This document shows, piece after piece, positions 19,353-30,500 of a stretch of DNA of 64,000 nt. The notes below the pieces were generated by a model that did no database searches, was not told the origin of the DNA, and worked only from the letters and a program-made list of their open reading frames with translations. The DNA is from Polaromonas sp. (lineage in GTDB: Bacteria; Pseudomonadota; Gammaproteobacteria; Burkholderiales; Burkholderiaceae_C). The DNA is taken from the NCBI GenBank assembly GCA_028292745.1, contig JAQGLT010000056.1, forward strand, positions 15,860-79,859, in the 5' to 3' direction. Within the stretch, counting starts at the first letter, position 1. The number at the start of each line of letters is the position of its first letter. The position numbers were made by a program, and so were the translations under genes.

Positions 19353-20141
19353 GTGAACACCCCAGAGAAGAAAATCAAAACGTCTACAGAGGCTGCGGTT
19401 AAGCCGGCAGCCAAAAAAGCTGCCGATGCGGTCAAGGCAATTGGCACCCCCGATGCCAAGCCGCCCGTAAAAGACAGCAAGCCTGTCAAGGCTACCGCAC
19501 CGCCGGTTTCATCCGTTCGGATGGATTCGGCGCCATTGAAGCCTGGGCGCAGAAGCTCGGCACGCACCGCGATCCAGACACCGACACCCACGCCGATGGT
19601 GCCCACCCATGCACCTGACGCAGCCAAAGCCAGTTATTCCACCATGATCGAACGCGTCATCGCGCCGCCCGTTCAGGCGGCAGCGCCAAAAGACCCGCAG
19701 CTGGCGAACAACTGGAAAACAAAGCCGGCCGACCAGTTGACCGACCAGGAAATCAAGGCCATGCCGGATTCCGAGTACATGAACGAAGTGCAGTTGGCTT
19801 TCTTTCGGCATCGGCTGTCAGTGCTCAAGCAGGACATCCATAACAGCGCAGGCCAGACCACCGAACACCTGCGCGAGGACGCCGCCGTGGTGCCCGATCC
19901 GGCAGACCGCGCCACAATTGAAGAAGAGCATGCGCTTGAGCTTCGCACCCGTGACCGGGAACGCAAGCTGCTCAAAAAGATCGAGCAGTCGATTGCCCGC
20001 ATTGATTCGGGCGACTATGGTTACTGCGACGAAACCGGAGAGGCCATTGGCGTGGGCCGCCTGATCGCCCGCCCGACAGCCAATCTCTCGCTTGAAGCAC
20101 AGCAGCGCCGCGAACTCAAGCAAAAGATGTTCGGCGACTGA
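19353..20141 (+). CDS. dksA: RNA polymerase-binding protein DksA with long Ala/Lys/Pro-rich N-terminal extension
   Basis: YMNEVQL, DPADRA..EEE, RDRERKLLKKI and GYCDETGE..RLIARPTA motifs. GTG start follows a GAGGAG RBS. Confidence 0.9.
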   Translation: MNTPEKKIKTSTEAAVKPAAKKAADAVKAIGTPDAKPPVKDSKPVKATAPPVSSVRMDSAPLKPGRRSSARTAIQTPTPTPMVPTHAPDAAKASYSTMIERVIAPPVQAAAPKDPQLANNWKTKPADQLTDQEIKAMPDSEYMNEVQLAFFRHRLSVLKQDIHNSAGQTTEHLREDAAVVPDPADRATIEEEHALELRTRDRERKLLKKIEQSIARIDSGDYGYCDETGEAIGVGRLIARPTANLSLEAQQRRELKQKMFGD

Positions 20142-20180
20142 TCCTTCTGTCATCCCTGTGTAATTGATTGATTGACCACC

Positions 20181-21971
20181 ATGTCCAAAGACGATACCGC
20201 TCCAGGCTTGTTGTCCAAGCTGGTCAAGTTTGTTCGTAACCCCGCTACCAACTGGACGGAACTCGATTCTGTTGACGCGGACAAGGATGAAGCGGTCAAC
20301 AAGCAATTGCTCAACGAGATGATCGAGCGCAAGCGCCGTAACGACTTTGTGCGCAAACGCGAATTCGACATGCTTCGCAATCTGCGCAAGCGCGAAGCGT
20401 TGTCGGATGGCACCTCCAACCAGGGCGATCCGCCTTCGTTCTTTCAAAGCAGCATGATTTCCCCGAGTGATGACCGGGCCACAACGCTCAAGAAGATCGA
20501 TGAGATCGAAGCGCAGATGTCGATGCAGTGGTGGAAGGCCAAAAACCAGACCGGCCAAGCAGCTTCCGGCGCGCAGCCCAAGCTGTCGGTGACTGATGGC
20601 GAACGCGAAAAGGCACGGCAACCCGAGTCGAACAGCTTGATGCCCTTGGCCTACGAGCCCACCCGGCCCGCAGGAATGGATACCGTTGATCCCGCAGATT
20701 TGCCGGATGCGCTGGCGCAAAAGCCATTGTTGAACGACCTGCTGGAAGGGCTGCCTCAACAGCAGCCTGCAAGCGAGACATCGCTTGGTGGCGGCAGCGC
20801 TTCAGAAAAAAGCCTGTTGTCGTCAACGCCTTCCCTGGTTTCGGGCACCCCGCCCACGCCAGAGCAAGAAGTCGCTGTTCACGATGCCGAGCTTGAAGAG
20901 GCGGCTATTTTGTTTGCCAATGGAGACGACGCCGCCGCTGAAGCTGGCTTGCTCGAAATTTTGGCGCCGGGTGGCTCCCGTGCCGATCATGTCTATACCT
21001 GGTTGACATTGTTTGATCTTTACCGCGCCATCGGTGAGCAAGACAAGTTTGAAACAGCGGCGATTGAATTTGCCGAACGCTTCAACCGTTCGGCGCCGCA
21101 GTGGTTTTCGCTACCCGATATGGTCAAGGCCCTTGCCAAGCCCGCGGAAAAGGTCAGTCAGGGCACGGCCAGCGACTGGATTTGCCCTTCCGTGGTAGGG
21201 GTGCAGTCAGTCGGTGCCCTTGGTGCCGCCATTGCCCGGGCAGCGATGCCATGGCGTCTGGACTGGAGCAATCTCAAAACCATTGAGCCCGGCGCTCTTG
21301 AGCCGCTTTACAAGGTTTTCAAGGATTGGGCGACTCAGCCGGTACAGCTGCGGTTTGTAGGCAATGCGCAATTACAAAAAGTGCTGCTCAATGCCACGCC
21401 TTCAGACGAACGCGCAATCGATCCAAAGTGGTGGCTGCTGCGTATGGAAATGTTGCGCGTGATTCACCGCCCCGATGATTTTGAGCTTGTAGCGCTGGAT
21501 TACTGTGTGACCTACGAGGTCTCACCGCCAGCTTGGGAGAGCGCGCGATGTGATTACAAGTCGCTTGATGAGCATGGCGATGCCATGGGCCGCGCCACTA
21601 TTATTGGTGCGCCTACCAGCGAAAGTATTTTCCCTAGCTTGATGGATGCGGATTCCATGCTGGACTACCCGACAACCAATCAGCCCATCCGTTTTTTGTC
21701 GGTAGATCTCTCCGGCCAGATACAAGGCCATGCGGTTGCCGTGCTGGACCGGTTGGATGCCAGTGTAATGGGGGCCGACAGGATGCAGATTTCATGCGCC
21801 AAACTGATCCGCGTGGATTTTTCTGCTGCGGGCATGCTCCTCAATTGGGTATCGGCCCGGCAGGCTGAAAACCGCTATGTCGAGTTTTGCGAGGTTAATC
21901 GGCTGGTTGCCGCTTTTTTCAATGTAATTGGGATCATTGAATACGCTAGAGTCTCGGTGCGAAGTGATTAA
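20181..21971 (+). CDS. STAS-domain-containing conserved protein
   Basis: C-terminal LIRVDFSAAGMLLNW..VNRLVAAFFNVIGI is STAS-like; the centre has a helical-repeat segment. Confidence 0.7.
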   Translation: MSKDDTAPGLLSKLVKFVRNPATNWTELDSVDADKDEAVNKQLLNEMIERKRRNDFVRKREFDMLRNLRKREALSDGTSNQGDPPSFFQSSMISPSDDRATTLKKIDEIEAQMSMQWWKAKNQTGQAASGAQPKLSVTDGEREKARQPESNSLMPLAYEPTRPAGMDTVDPADLPDALAQKPLLNDLLEGLPQQQPASETSLGGGSASEKSLLSSTPSLVSGTPPTPEQEVAVHDAELEEAAILFANGDDAAAEAGLLEILAPGGSRADHVYTWLTLFDLYRAIGEQDKFETAAIEFAERFNRSAPQWFSLPDMVKALAKPAEKVSQGTASDWICPSVVGVQSVGALGAAIARAAMPWRLDWSNLKTIEPGALEPLYKVFKDWATQPVQLRFVGNAQLQKVLLNATPSDERAIDPKWWLLRMEMLRVIHRPDDFELVALDYCVTYEVSPPAWESARCDYKSLDEHGDAMGRATIIGAPTSESIFPSLMDADSMLDYPTTNQPIRFLSVDLSGQIQGHAVAVLDRLDASVMGADRMQISCAKLIRVDFSAAGMLLNWVSARQAENRYVEFCEVNRLVAAFFNVIGIIEYARVSVRSD

Positions 21972-22047
21972 TTCGCGTGTCCCCCTTCTTGTTATGAGAT
22001 TGAGGGAATGGCATAAGCGGCACACTCAAGCATTTTTCATGCTGATT

Positions 22048-22422
22048 CAGCATGTGTTTACGATCTCCTGAGCAATAGCAGCATAAATGTCAGGTGAACA
22101 AACCCCGTGCGGATGTTGAGCAATCAATTGCTCGCAGTTCTTCCTTGGCCTCCAGCTCTTTCTAGCCATGCAAAGCCGCGCTTGACCACCCAGTGCTTGG
22201 GCATAATCTTGAAAGTATGCATTTCGCTGCGCTTGCGCTCTGCACCGTGACCGCATTACCCGAGATGCTACATATCCCTGGGTCAATGGATTGCCCTATA
22301 GCCACTGTCACCCAGGATGCTCTGCGTTCTCGGCCAGCCCCGGCTCGCAGCAGGTGTACCGGTTGATACCTGAAACCTTCTTGCCACGAGAAGCACGAAA
22401 GATCACGAAACAGGTTTTTAAG
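22048..22422 (-). mobile_element. Decayed, internally deleted IS5-family element
   Basis: Frameshifted fragments read GKKVSGINR, QSILGDSGY, KRSEMHTFKIMPKHWVVKRGFAWLE, KNCE and FVHLTFMLLLLRRS*. Imperfect terminal IRs are TGTTTACGATCT (22055) and AGATCACGAAACA (22400). Confidence 0.8.
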
Positions 22423-22931
22423 ACATCAGAAATAAATATGCGCTATAAAAGTTACTTTTTTGTTTCATTAAAAACATATCGAATCTATTTTTCTTGAGAA
22501 AAAATCTATTTTTTATTTAAGGCAGTCATGTTCTTACCGTTTGGGTTGGCATCGATGCGCGTAAATCAATGGCTCCCAATCCTGTTGAAAATAGCAGTAG
22601 CCCTGAAAAAGGGCTATATTTTTGCTAGCAAATAAGGTTGATGGCCTATGGGCCCAAATAGTATTTGGGGGAAAGTTGTTACGGGCTTTTTTCTTTCAAC
22701 CTCGAATTGCCTGAAAACCATCAAATTTTGTGAATATTTCCGGCCCGTCGCGTGCTGTAAAACTCTTCACATGCGATTTTTTTTTAAAGTTCATTCTTCA
22801 CTGTGTACGCCAAGTACTTAATATAGAACGACTTTGGAAAATGCAGCGGCATTCATATATCCCTCTAAGTTATTGATTTCATTGAAAGAATTTGTTTCAA
22901 ATTCCGGGCATACAAGTGGTTCCCTGATACA

Positions 22932-22966
22932 GTGGGAAAATGTGCAAATTGGTGGTGAAAAGTGTT
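22932..22966 (+). promoter_or_regulatory. MraZ-binding direct repeats (dcw operator)
   Basis: GTGGG, GTGCA, GTGGT and GTGTT at an exact 10-bp period just upstream of mraZ. Confidence 0.7.
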
Positions 22967-22984
22967 TTGTGAAGGGTTTGAAAA

Positions 22985-23413
22985 GTGTTTCAAGGTGCGT
23001 CATTTTTAGCTCTCGATGCAAAAGGTCGGCTTTCGGTGCCGGCCCGTCATCGGGATGCGTTGGGCGCAAATGATTCTGGCCTGTTCACTATCACAAAACA
23101 TCCCCACGGGTGCCTCATGATTTTCCCCCAAAGCGAATGGGAAAAGTTTCGTGAGCGAATTGCTGCGCTGCCGATGCAGGCGCAGTGGTGGAAGCGGATT
23201 TTTCTGGGCAATGCGATGGATGTCGGCATGGACGCAACTGGCCGCGTTCTGGTATCGCCTGAGTTGCGACAGACGGCCGGCATCAGCAAGGACACGGTTT
23301 TGCTGGGCATGGGTAGTTATTTTGAACTTTGGGATGCTGCCGTCTATGCTGCCCAAGAGGCTGAGCAGATGAAGGGCGAAATGCCCGATGTATTTAAAGA
23401 CTTTTCTTTTTGA
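22985..23413 (+). CDS. mraZ: dcw cluster repressor MraZ
   Basis: LDAKGRL and MDATGRVL duplicated motifs; GTG start. Confidence 0.96.
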   Translation: MFQGASFLALDAKGRLSVPARHRDALGANDSGLFTITKHPHGCLMIFPQSEWEKFRERIAALPMQAQWWKRIFLGNAMDVGMDATGRVLVSPELRQTAGISKDTVLLGMGSYFELWDAAVYAAQEAEQMKGEMPDVFKDFSF

Positions 23414-23419
23414 AAGTAG

Positions 23420-24340
23420 ATGGTGAAGGGCACATGGACACACACAACCGTCCTGTTGAACGAAGCCATCTCGGCGCTTCAGCTCAACCCGGATGGCCAT
23501 TACATCGATGCGACTTTTGGACGCGGCGGGCATTCACGCCTGCTGCTGTCCCAGCTCTCGGCAAAAGGGCGTCTGACGGCTTTCGATAAAGATCCTGAGG
23601 CCATCTTGGAAGCGCAGTCGATTAATGACGTGCGGTTTTCAATCCGCCATCAGGGGTTCATGCATCTGAATCAGTTACCCGAAGCCAGTGTTGCAGGTGT
23701 GCTGATGGATTTGGGGGTGAGCTCGCCCCAGATTGACAACCCAGGACGTGGATTTTCCTTTCGCAACGAAGGTCCTTTGGACATGCGCATGGACACCACG
23801 CGCGGACAAAGCGTGGCTGACTGGCTGCATGATGCTTCTGTCGAAGCCATGACCGAAGTGATTCGCGACTATGGTGAAGAGCGCTTTGCAGGGTTGGTTG
23901 CCAAAGCGATCGACCGCCACCGACTGGCGCATGGTTCGCTTCAAACTACTGCCGAACTGGCCGATGTTGTTGCCAGCGCGGTAAAAACCCGTGAGCCGGG
24001 AAAAGACCCTGCAACCCGCACCTTTCAAGCATTGCGAATCTTCATCAACGCAGAGCTTGATGAATTGCAGCAGGCTCTTGACGCTTCACTGAAAGTGCTT
24101 CAGCCTGGTGGTCGCTTGGTGGTCATCAGTTTTCACTCACTTGAAGATCGCATCGTCAAGCAATTTATCGCCACGCATTCACGTGAGATATACGACCGGC
24201 GTGCGCCGTTCGCCGCACCCAAGCTCATGCAGCTCAAGGCACTGGGGCGTACCAAACCTACTGAAGCAGAAGTGGCGGGTAATCCGCGTTCGCGCAGCGC
24301 TGTGATGCGGGTGGCCGAACGGGTAGGGAAAACCGCATGA
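23420..24340 (+). CDS. rsmH: 16S rRNA m4C1402 methyltransferase
   Basis: [26 protein letters not shown] and SFHSLEDR motifs. Confidence 0.97.
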   Translation: MVKGTWTHTTVLLNEAISALQLNPDGHYIDATFGRGGHSRLLLSQLSAKGRLTAFDKDPEAILEAQSINDVRFSIRHQGFMHLNQLPEASVAGVLMDLGVSSPQIDNPGRGFSFRNEGPLDMRMDTTRGQSVADWLHDASVEAMTEVIRDYGEERFAGLVAKAIDRHRLAHGSLQTTAELADVVASAVKTREPGKDPATRTFQALRIFINAELDELQQALDASLKVLQPGGRLVVISFHSLEDRIVKQFIATHSREIYDRRAPFAAPKLMQLKALGRTKPTEAEVAGNPRSRSAVMRVAERVGKTA

Positions 24341-24404
24341 ACAACGTGAAACGTTCGTTTTCTGGTCGAAACCGTTTCTTTGCAATATTGGGCGGAGGCA
24401 TTGC

Positions 24405-24716
24405 ATGCTTCGTTTGAATTTTTTACTTTTATTCGCTATTTTGGTCAGCGCACTCTATCTGGTGCATACCCAGTATGAGTCGCGTCGCCTATATGTCGAG
24501 CTTGAAAAGGCCACGGCGCAAAGCCGAAAAATAGAAACTGAAAGCGAACGGCTGCAAGTTGAGAAGCGGGCAGAGGCGACGCCTTTAAAGCTCGAACGGC
24601 TGGCTAGGGACCGCCTGCAGATGCGCACGACCACGCCTGCCATTACCCAGTATGTGAAATACAAGTCCGCAGCTGATGTGGCGTTGGCTGCCGGGCAAAA
24701 GGCGCAACATGAGTAA
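24405..24716 (+). CDS. ftsL: Cell division protein FtsL
   Basis: Single TM plus coiled coil; dcw position; GGAGG RBS. Confidence 0.92.
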   Translation: MLRLNFLLLFAILVSALYLVHTQYESRRLYVELEKATAQSRKIETESERLQVEKRAEATPLKLERLARDRLQMRTTTPAITQYVKYKSAADVALAAGQKAQHE

Positions 24717-26442
24717 GAGCGTCCTTTACACGTCAAGTCCGCTACTGGCCAGTAAAACACCCGTTTGGCGCAGTAAATTCATTGTTGCCTGTATTGCGCT
24801 GGCATTTGCTGGATTGGGTGTGAGGGCTGCTTATATCCAGGTATATGCCAACGCATTTTTCCAGCGCCAAGGTGAGGTGCGTTTTGCAAGAACCCTGGAA
24901 TTGCCGGCCAACCGCGGCCGGATTCTGGATCGCAATGGGCTGATTCTGGCGTCCAGCGTGCCGGCTTTCAGCCTGTGGGCCATCCCTGAAGATGTCAAAG
25001 CCAGTCCTATGCAGTTGGCAGAACTGGCCAAATTACTGGAAATGCCGCTGGCTGAATTGAACAAGAAGTTCAGTGATGAAGACAAGACTTTTGTTTGGAT
25101 CAAGCGCCAGCTTGAAGCCCCGGTGGCTAGGAAAATCGAGGCGCTGGCGATCCCTGGCATTTATCAGCGTAAGGAATACAAACGCAAATATCCGGAAGGC
25201 GAAACCATTGCGCATATTGTTGGTTTTACCAATGTGGAAGATAAAGGTCAGGAAGGCATTGAACTGACATTCAATAAGGCGCTTTCAGGCAAGGCCGGTT
25301 CGCGCCGCGTCATCAAGGACCGTTTAGGTCGTGTGGTTGAAGGCGTTGGCGAACAAGTCCCACCGGTAGAGGGCAAAGACATCCAACTGAGCGTTGACAG
25401 CAAGGTGCAGTTTTTTGCCTACCAAAAACTGCGTGATGCGGTCATTGCCCGCAAGGCAAAGGCTGGCAGCGTGGTAGTGCTCGACAGCATAACGGGCGAA
25501 GTTCTGGCGTTGGCGAATTACCCAAGTTATATCCCTGACAAGCGCGAGAATCTGACCGGAGAGCAACTGCGTAACCGGGCCGTGACGGACACGTTCGAAC
25601 CGGGCTCGACGATGAAGCCGATTACAGTGGCCATGGCTCTAGAAGCGGGCCGCATCAAGCCACAAACGCTGGTTGAAACCGGTCCGGGGCGCTTCAGCAT
25701 TGGCGGTTTTACCATCAGTGATACCCATAACTATGGCACCTTGACTGTCGAGGGCGTGATCCAAAAGTCAAGCAATGTTGGGGCGCTGAAAATTGCACAA
25801 AAGATGACGCCCCATGAGATGTGGGATACGTATGTTGCGCTAGGCTACGGCCAGAAGCCAAAAATCGAGTTTCCTGGCGCCGTGACAGGCAGGGTTCGTC
25901 CATGGAAAACTTGGCGTCCGGTCGAGCAGGCGACCATGGCTTATGGGTATGGACTCTCCGCTTCACTTTTTCAGATGGCGCACTCCTACACCGCATTTGC
26001 CCATGATGGCGAAATTATTCCGGTCACCATGCTCAAAACCAACAAGCCGGCCATTGGTGTTCAGGTGTTTTCTCCTGAAAACGCTAGAGCTATACGGCAC
26101 ATGCTGCAAATGGCTGCAGGGCCTGGCGGTACTGCGCCATTGGCGCAAACAGTGGGCTATTCCGTCGGTGGCAAGTCGGGCACTGCGCACAAGCAGGTAG
26201 GCAAGGGATATGCCACCAATAAGTACCGCGCCTGGTTTACTGGTATGGCGCCGATTGAGTCACCGCGCATTGTTGTCGGGGTGATGATCGACGAGCCCAG
26301 CGACGGCAAGTACTTTGGCGGTCTTGCGGCAGCTCCGGTGTTCAGCGAAGTCGTGCAGCAGACTTTGCGCATGATGGGTGTTCAGCCCGACATGAGTGTC
26401 AAGCCGCAGATCATTACCCAGGCTGTGGAGGAGTCGTTTTGA
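24709..26442 (+). CDS. ftsI: Peptidoglycan transpeptidase FtsI (PBP3)
   Basis: RGRILDRNG, EPGSTMK (SxxK), SSN and KSG motifs. Confidence 0.96.
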   Translation: MSKSVLYTSSPLLASKTPVWRSKFIVACIALAFAGLGVRAAYIQVYANAFFQRQGEVRFARTLELPANRGRILDRNGLILASSVPAFSLWAIPEDVKASPMQLAELAKLLEMPLAELNKKFSDEDKTFVWIKRQLEAPVARKIEALAIPGIYQRKEYKRKYPEGETIAHIVGFTNVEDKGQEGIELTFNKALSGKAGSRRVIKDRLGRVVEGVGEQVPPVEGKDIQLSVDSKVQFFAYQKLRDAVIARKAKAGSVVVLDSITGEVLALANYPSYIPDKRENLTGEQLRNRAVTDTFEPGSTMKPITVAMALEAGRIKPQTLVETGPGRFSIGGFTISDTHNYGTLTVEGVIQKSSNVGALKIAQKMTPHEMWDTYVALGYGQKPKIEFPGAVTGRVRPWKTWRPVEQATMAYGYGLSASLFQMAHSYTAFAHDGEIIPVTMLKTNKPAIGVQVFSPENARAIRHMLQMAAGPGGTAPLAQTVGYSVGGKSGTAHKQVGKGYATNKYRAWFTGMAPIESPRIVVGVMIDEPSDGKYFGGLAAAPVFSEVVQQTLRMMGVQPDMSVKPQIITQAVEESF

Positions 26443-27938
26443 CCCTTGCTGCACTCCATACTCCCGGACAGGCGGCAGCATGGCTGCATGAGAGGGTAAG
26501 CGGAACGCTCTGCGCCGACAGCCGTGTGACCGTGCATGGTGACGGGTTTATTGCCTGGCCGGGAGCGGCAAGCGATGGCCGGCAGTATGTCAATGCAGTC
26601 CTGGCTGGCGGAGCGGGCGCCTGCCTGATTGAGCAGGCAGGGGCGGAGATTTATGGATTTGATGACCAACGGGTAGCGACTTACCAAGGGCTCAAGGCTG
26701 CGACTGGCCCGATTGCTTCTGCCTACTTTGATCATCCAAGCGAGTATTTAGAGGTCATCGGGATCACGGGCACCAACGGCAAGACCTCTACCGCCTGGTG
26801 GCTGGCTCAGGCGCTGACGCATCTGGGCCGTAGATGCGGCATTGTCGGAACGCTGGGGATTGGCGAGCCCGGCGCAATGGCGCCCAATGGGCTTACCACG
26901 CCTGATCCTGTGCTGCTACAGCAGCAGTTTCGGAATTTTGTCGACAAAGGCTTTATGGCCTGCGCGCTGGAGGCTTCCTCAATCGGGTTAGAGGAGGGGC
27001 GCCTTGATGCCACCTGCATACGGATTGCTGTGCTCACGAACTTCACCCAGGACCATCTTGATTACCACGGTTCCATGGCCCGTTACTGGGAGACCAAAAA
27101 AAGGCTGTTCGACTGGCCAGGCCTGCAGGCGGCCGTGATCAATCTGGACGACAGCAAAGGCATGGAGCTGAATGAGGGATTGGTCAACAGCGGTCTGGAT
27201 GTCTGGACCTTTTCATCTGCTGGGCCCGCGCGTTTGCAGGCCCAGACGATTCATCAGGGGACGCATGGCTTGAGCTTTGATGTGGTTGAAGGCGCGGAGC
27301 GCCATGGCGTTTCAGTGCCTTTCGTTGGGCTTTACAACGTGTCTAATTTGCTGGGTGTTATTGCTTCTCTGCGCGCCATGAATGTCCGGTTGGAGGATGC
27401 GGCAAAAGCCTGTACGGGCTTGTTGCCAGTGCCCGGCCGAACAGAAACCTTGGCCGTACCAGGGGCCCCTTTGGTGGTTATTGACTACGCGCACACCCCT
27501 GATGCGCTTGAAAAAGTTCTGGCCGCACTGAAGCCGGTGGCAAAGAGCAGGAGCGGCCGGCTGTGGTGTGTTTTTGGCTGTGGTGGGGATCGTGATGCTG
27601 GCAAGCGCCCATTGATGGCGGCGGTGGCAGAAAATAATGCGGACGAGCTTGTGGTGACCAGCGATAACCCGCGCAACGAGCCGCCCATGGCCATCATAGA
27701 GCAGATGCTGCAGGGCTTGAGCCAGCGAGAAAAAGTGCATGTGGAAGAAAACCGGCGTGCTGCGATTTTCCTTGCCCTGCATTTGGCCCATTCCCAGGAC
27801 GTGGTGCTGCTGGCGGGCAAAGGACACGAAAACTATCAGGAAATCAAGGGCGTGAGGCATTTATTTTCGGATCAGGATGAGGTTCGCCATGCCTTGGATG
27901 CCTTGATAACAGCGCGAACCCTGGCGGTGCCATCATGA
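26439..27938 (+). CDS. murE: MurE ligase
   Basis: GTNGKTS, TNFTQDHLDYH, DYAHTPD and DNPR motifs. Confidence 0.96.
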   Translation: MTLAALHTPGQAAAWLHERVSGTLCADSRVTVHGDGFIAWPGAASDGRQYVNAVLAGGAGACLIEQAGAEIYGFDDQRVATYQGLKAATGPIASAYFDHPSEYLEVIGITGTNGKTSTAWWLAQALTHLGRRCGIVGTLGIGEPGAMAPNGLTTPDPVLLQQQFRNFVDKGFMACALEASSIGLEEGRLDATCIRIAVLTNFTQDHLDYHGSMARYWETKKRLFDWPGLQAAVINLDDSKGMELNEGLVNSGLDVWTFSSAGPARLQAQTIHQGTHGLSFDVVEGAERHGVSVPFVGLYNVSNLLGVIASLRAMNVRLEDAAKACTGLLPVPGRTETLAVPGAPLVVIDYAHTPDALEKVLAALKPVAKSRSGRLWCVFGCGGDRDAGKRPLMAAVAENNADELVVTSDNPRNEPPMAIIEQMLQGLSQREKVHVEENRRAAIFLALHLAHSQDVVLLAGKGHENYQEIKGVRHLFSDQDEVRHALDALITARTLAVPS

Positions 27939-29332
27939 TCCGGCTGCAGCAAGCCATTGGTTGGGTGCCGTCGGCGCGGCTGGTTGGCGATGGTCAGGTG
28001 ATGCCTATGCGCGTCCATACTGATACGCGTACCTTGCAGCCCGGCGATTTGTTTGTTGCACTCAAGGGCGAACAGTTCGACGCTCACGCCTTTTTGGCGC
28101 AAGCCAAAGTGCAGGGCGCCGTAGCGGCAATTGCACAGCATGGCCTCGCGGAGGCAGGGTTGCCCGGCCTGGAAGTCGCTGATGCGAAATTAGCGCTGGG
28201 TCAACTGGCCGCAGGCTGGCGCTCACAGTTCAGCTTGCCGCTGATTGCTGTGACAGGAAGCAATGGAAAGACCACGGTGACGCAGATGAGCGCGGCGATC
28301 CTGCGCGCCTGGAAGCCGGATGCGGCTTTTGCGACTGAAGGCAACCTCAATAATGATATTGGCGTGCCTCTGACGTTATTGCGACTAAGAGATTTGCATC
28401 AAATGGGCGTGATCGAGCTGGGCATGAACCATCCTGGCGAAATTGCTTATCTGGCCGCTATGGTCAAGCCTAAGGTTGCGCTGGTCAACAATGCCCAGCG
28501 GGAACACCTTGAATTTATGGCAACGGTAAAAGCAGTTGCTCTGGAGAATGGAGCTGTTTTGGCGTCGCTTGATGCCAATGGCATCGCAGTGTTTCCGGCG
28601 GACGATGAGTATGCGGCTGTCTGGCATGCCCAAGCCGGCCAGCGTCAAGTCGTAACCTTCGCATTGACAGGGCCGGCCGACGTCACTGCCAACGCGAGCT
28701 GGCATGACGGCCGCTGGCAAGTAAATGCCTGCACGCCCTCGGGCCCGCTTGAGTTTGCCTTGCATATCGCAGGCCGGCACAACGTCAAGAACGCTTTGGC
28801 TGCAATTGCCTGCACGCTGTCAGCTGGTGTTCCTCTTGACGCCATTGCCGCCGGCCTGACAGCGTTTGTCCCGGTCAAGGGCCGGTCACGCGCCATTGCC
28901 GTTCGGCTGCAGCATCGGGTGCTGGCGTTGATTGATGACACGTACAACGCCAATCCGGATTCCATGCAGGCGGCCATTGAGTTACTGGCCGAGTTACCCA
29001 CGCCGCGTTTGCTGGTGATGGGCGACATGGGCGAAGTAGGAAACCAAGGCCCCGAGTTTCATGCGGAAGCAGGCCGCACCGCTCATGCCTTGGGAATTGA
29101 AAAAATTTTTACGCTTGGCCAGCAGTCGCAAGGCGCCAGCGCCGCTCACGGAAAAGGCAGTCACTTCAACAGCATGGCTGAATTGGCGGCGGCGGTGGTA
29201 GCGGAGTTGCCCCATGCTGCCAGCGTGCTGGTGAAAGGTTCGCGGTTCATGAGAATGGAACAGATTGTGCAGGCCGTAATGGCTGCTGGCGATCAAATGC
29301 AACACGACAAGAAAGAGCCTCATGCTGCTTAG
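27935..29332 (+). CDS. murF: MurF ligase
   Basis: [24 protein letters not shown] and KGSR motifs. Confidence 0.96.
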   Translation: MIRLQQAIGWVPSARLVGDGQVMPMRVHTDTRTLQPGDLFVALKGEQFDAHAFLAQAKVQGAVAAIAQHGLAEAGLPGLEVADAKLALGQLAAGWRSQFSLPLIAVTGSNGKTTVTQMSAAILRAWKPDAAFATEGNLNNDIGVPLTLLRLRDLHQMGVIELGMNHPGEIAYLAAMVKPKVALVNNAQREHLEFMATVKAVALENGAVLASLDANGIAVFPADDEYAAVWHAQAGQRQVVTFALTGPADVTANASWHDGRWQVNACTPSGPLEFALHIAGRHNVKNALAAIACTLSAGVPLDAIAAGLTAFVPVKGRSRAIAVRLQHRVLALIDDTYNANPDSMQAAIELLAELPTPRLLVMGDMGEVGNQGPEFHAEAGRTAHALGIEKIFTLGQQSQGASAAHGKGSHFNSMAELAAAVVAELPHAASVLVKGSRFMRMEQIVQAVMAAGDQMQHDKKEPHAA

Positions 29333-30500
29333 CCTAGCCCAGTGGCTCCAGACCCTTTCGCCGGAACTGGGGTTCCTGCGAGTATTTCAGTACCTGACCC
29401 TTCGCGCCGTCATGGCCGCCCTGACGGCGCTGCTCATCGGTTTACTGGCTGGGCCGTTCGTCATTCGGCGCCTGATCTCCCTCAAGATCGGCCAGCCGAT
29501 CCGGGAATACGCCATGCAGACACACCTCAGCAAAAGCGGAACCCCCACCATGGGTGGGGTGCTCATCCTGATGGCAATCGGACTTTCGACAATCTTGTGG
29601 TTCGATCTGTCGAACCGCTTTGTCTGGATTGTGCTTATCGTCACTTTGGGTTTTGGCGCCATTGGCTGGGTAGACGATTGGCGCAAGGTCGTACTGAAGG
29701 ATCCCGAGGGCATGCGTTCACGGGAAAAATACTTTTGGCAGTCTCTTATTGGGCTGGTTGCCGCCCTTTATCTTGTGTTTAGTATTTCTGAAAGTTCCAA
29801 CATGCGGGTGCTGGAACTGTTTGTCAGCTGGGTGCGGTCAGGGTTTGATGTTGACCTGCCGCCCAAGGCCGGCTTGCTGCTTCCTTTTGTCAAGGAAGTC
29901 AGCTATCCGCTGGGCGTGTTTGGCTTTGTCATCCTGACTTATCTGGTGATCGTGGGTTCGAGTAATGCCGTCAACCTGACCGATGGGCTCGACGGGCTGG
30001 CAATCATGCCGGTAGTCATGGTGGGCTCGTCGCTGGGTGTTTTTGCCTATGTAACGGGCAGCTCCGTCTATTCGAAATATCTCTTTTTCCCGCACATCCC
30101 GGGCTCAGGGGAACTGCTGATCTTTTGCTCGGCCATGGCCGGCGCCGGGCTGGCATTCTTGTGGTTCAACACCCATCCGGCCCAGGTTTTCATGGGTGAT
30201 GTAGGGGCACTGGCACTGGGCGCAGCCCTGGGCACCATTGCCGTCATTGTTCGTCAGGAAATCGTTTTAGCCATCATGGGTGGTATTTTTGTGGTCGAGG
30301 CGTTGTCGGTCATGCTGCAGGTCGCCTGGTTCAAATACACCAAGCGGCGTTACGGGCAGGGCCGGCGGCTGCTTCAAATGGCGCCCCTGCACCACCATTT
30401 CGAAAAGTGCGGCTGGCAGGAAACCCAGGTAGTGGTTCGTTTCTGGATCATCACCATGCTGCTGTGCTTGATGGGGCTGTCAACGCTCAAGCTGAGATGA
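29322..30500 (+). CDS. mraY: Phospho-MurNAc-pentapeptide transferase
   Basis: [24 protein letters not shown] and MAPLHHHFE motifs. Confidence 0.97.
   Translation: MLLSLAQWLQTLSPELGFLRVFQYLTLRAVMAALTALLIGLLAGPFVIRRLISLKIGQPIREYAMQTHLSKSGTPTMGGVLILMAIGLSTILWFDLSNRFVWIVLIVTLGFGAIGWVDDWRKVVLKDPEGMRSREKYFWQSLIGLVAALYLVFSISESSNMRVLELFVSWVRSGFDVDLPPKAGLLLPFVKEVSYPLGVFGFVILTYLVIVGSSNAVNLTDGLDGLAIMPVVMVGSSLGVFAYVTGSSVYSKYLFFPHIPGSGELLIFCSAMAGAGLAFLWFNTHPAQVFMGDVGALALGAALGTIAVIVRQEIVLAIMGGIFVVEALSVMLQVAWFKYTKRRYGQGRRLLQMAPLHHHFEKCGWQETQVVVRFWIITMLLCLMGLSTLKLR

Noticed and set aside
22613-22629. GCTAT-N7-CTAGC core, and weaker look-alikes near 28537, 48900 and 52541
   Set aside because: They lack the correctly spaced GCGC-N11-GCGC arm or the left half-site, so I did not count them as copies.
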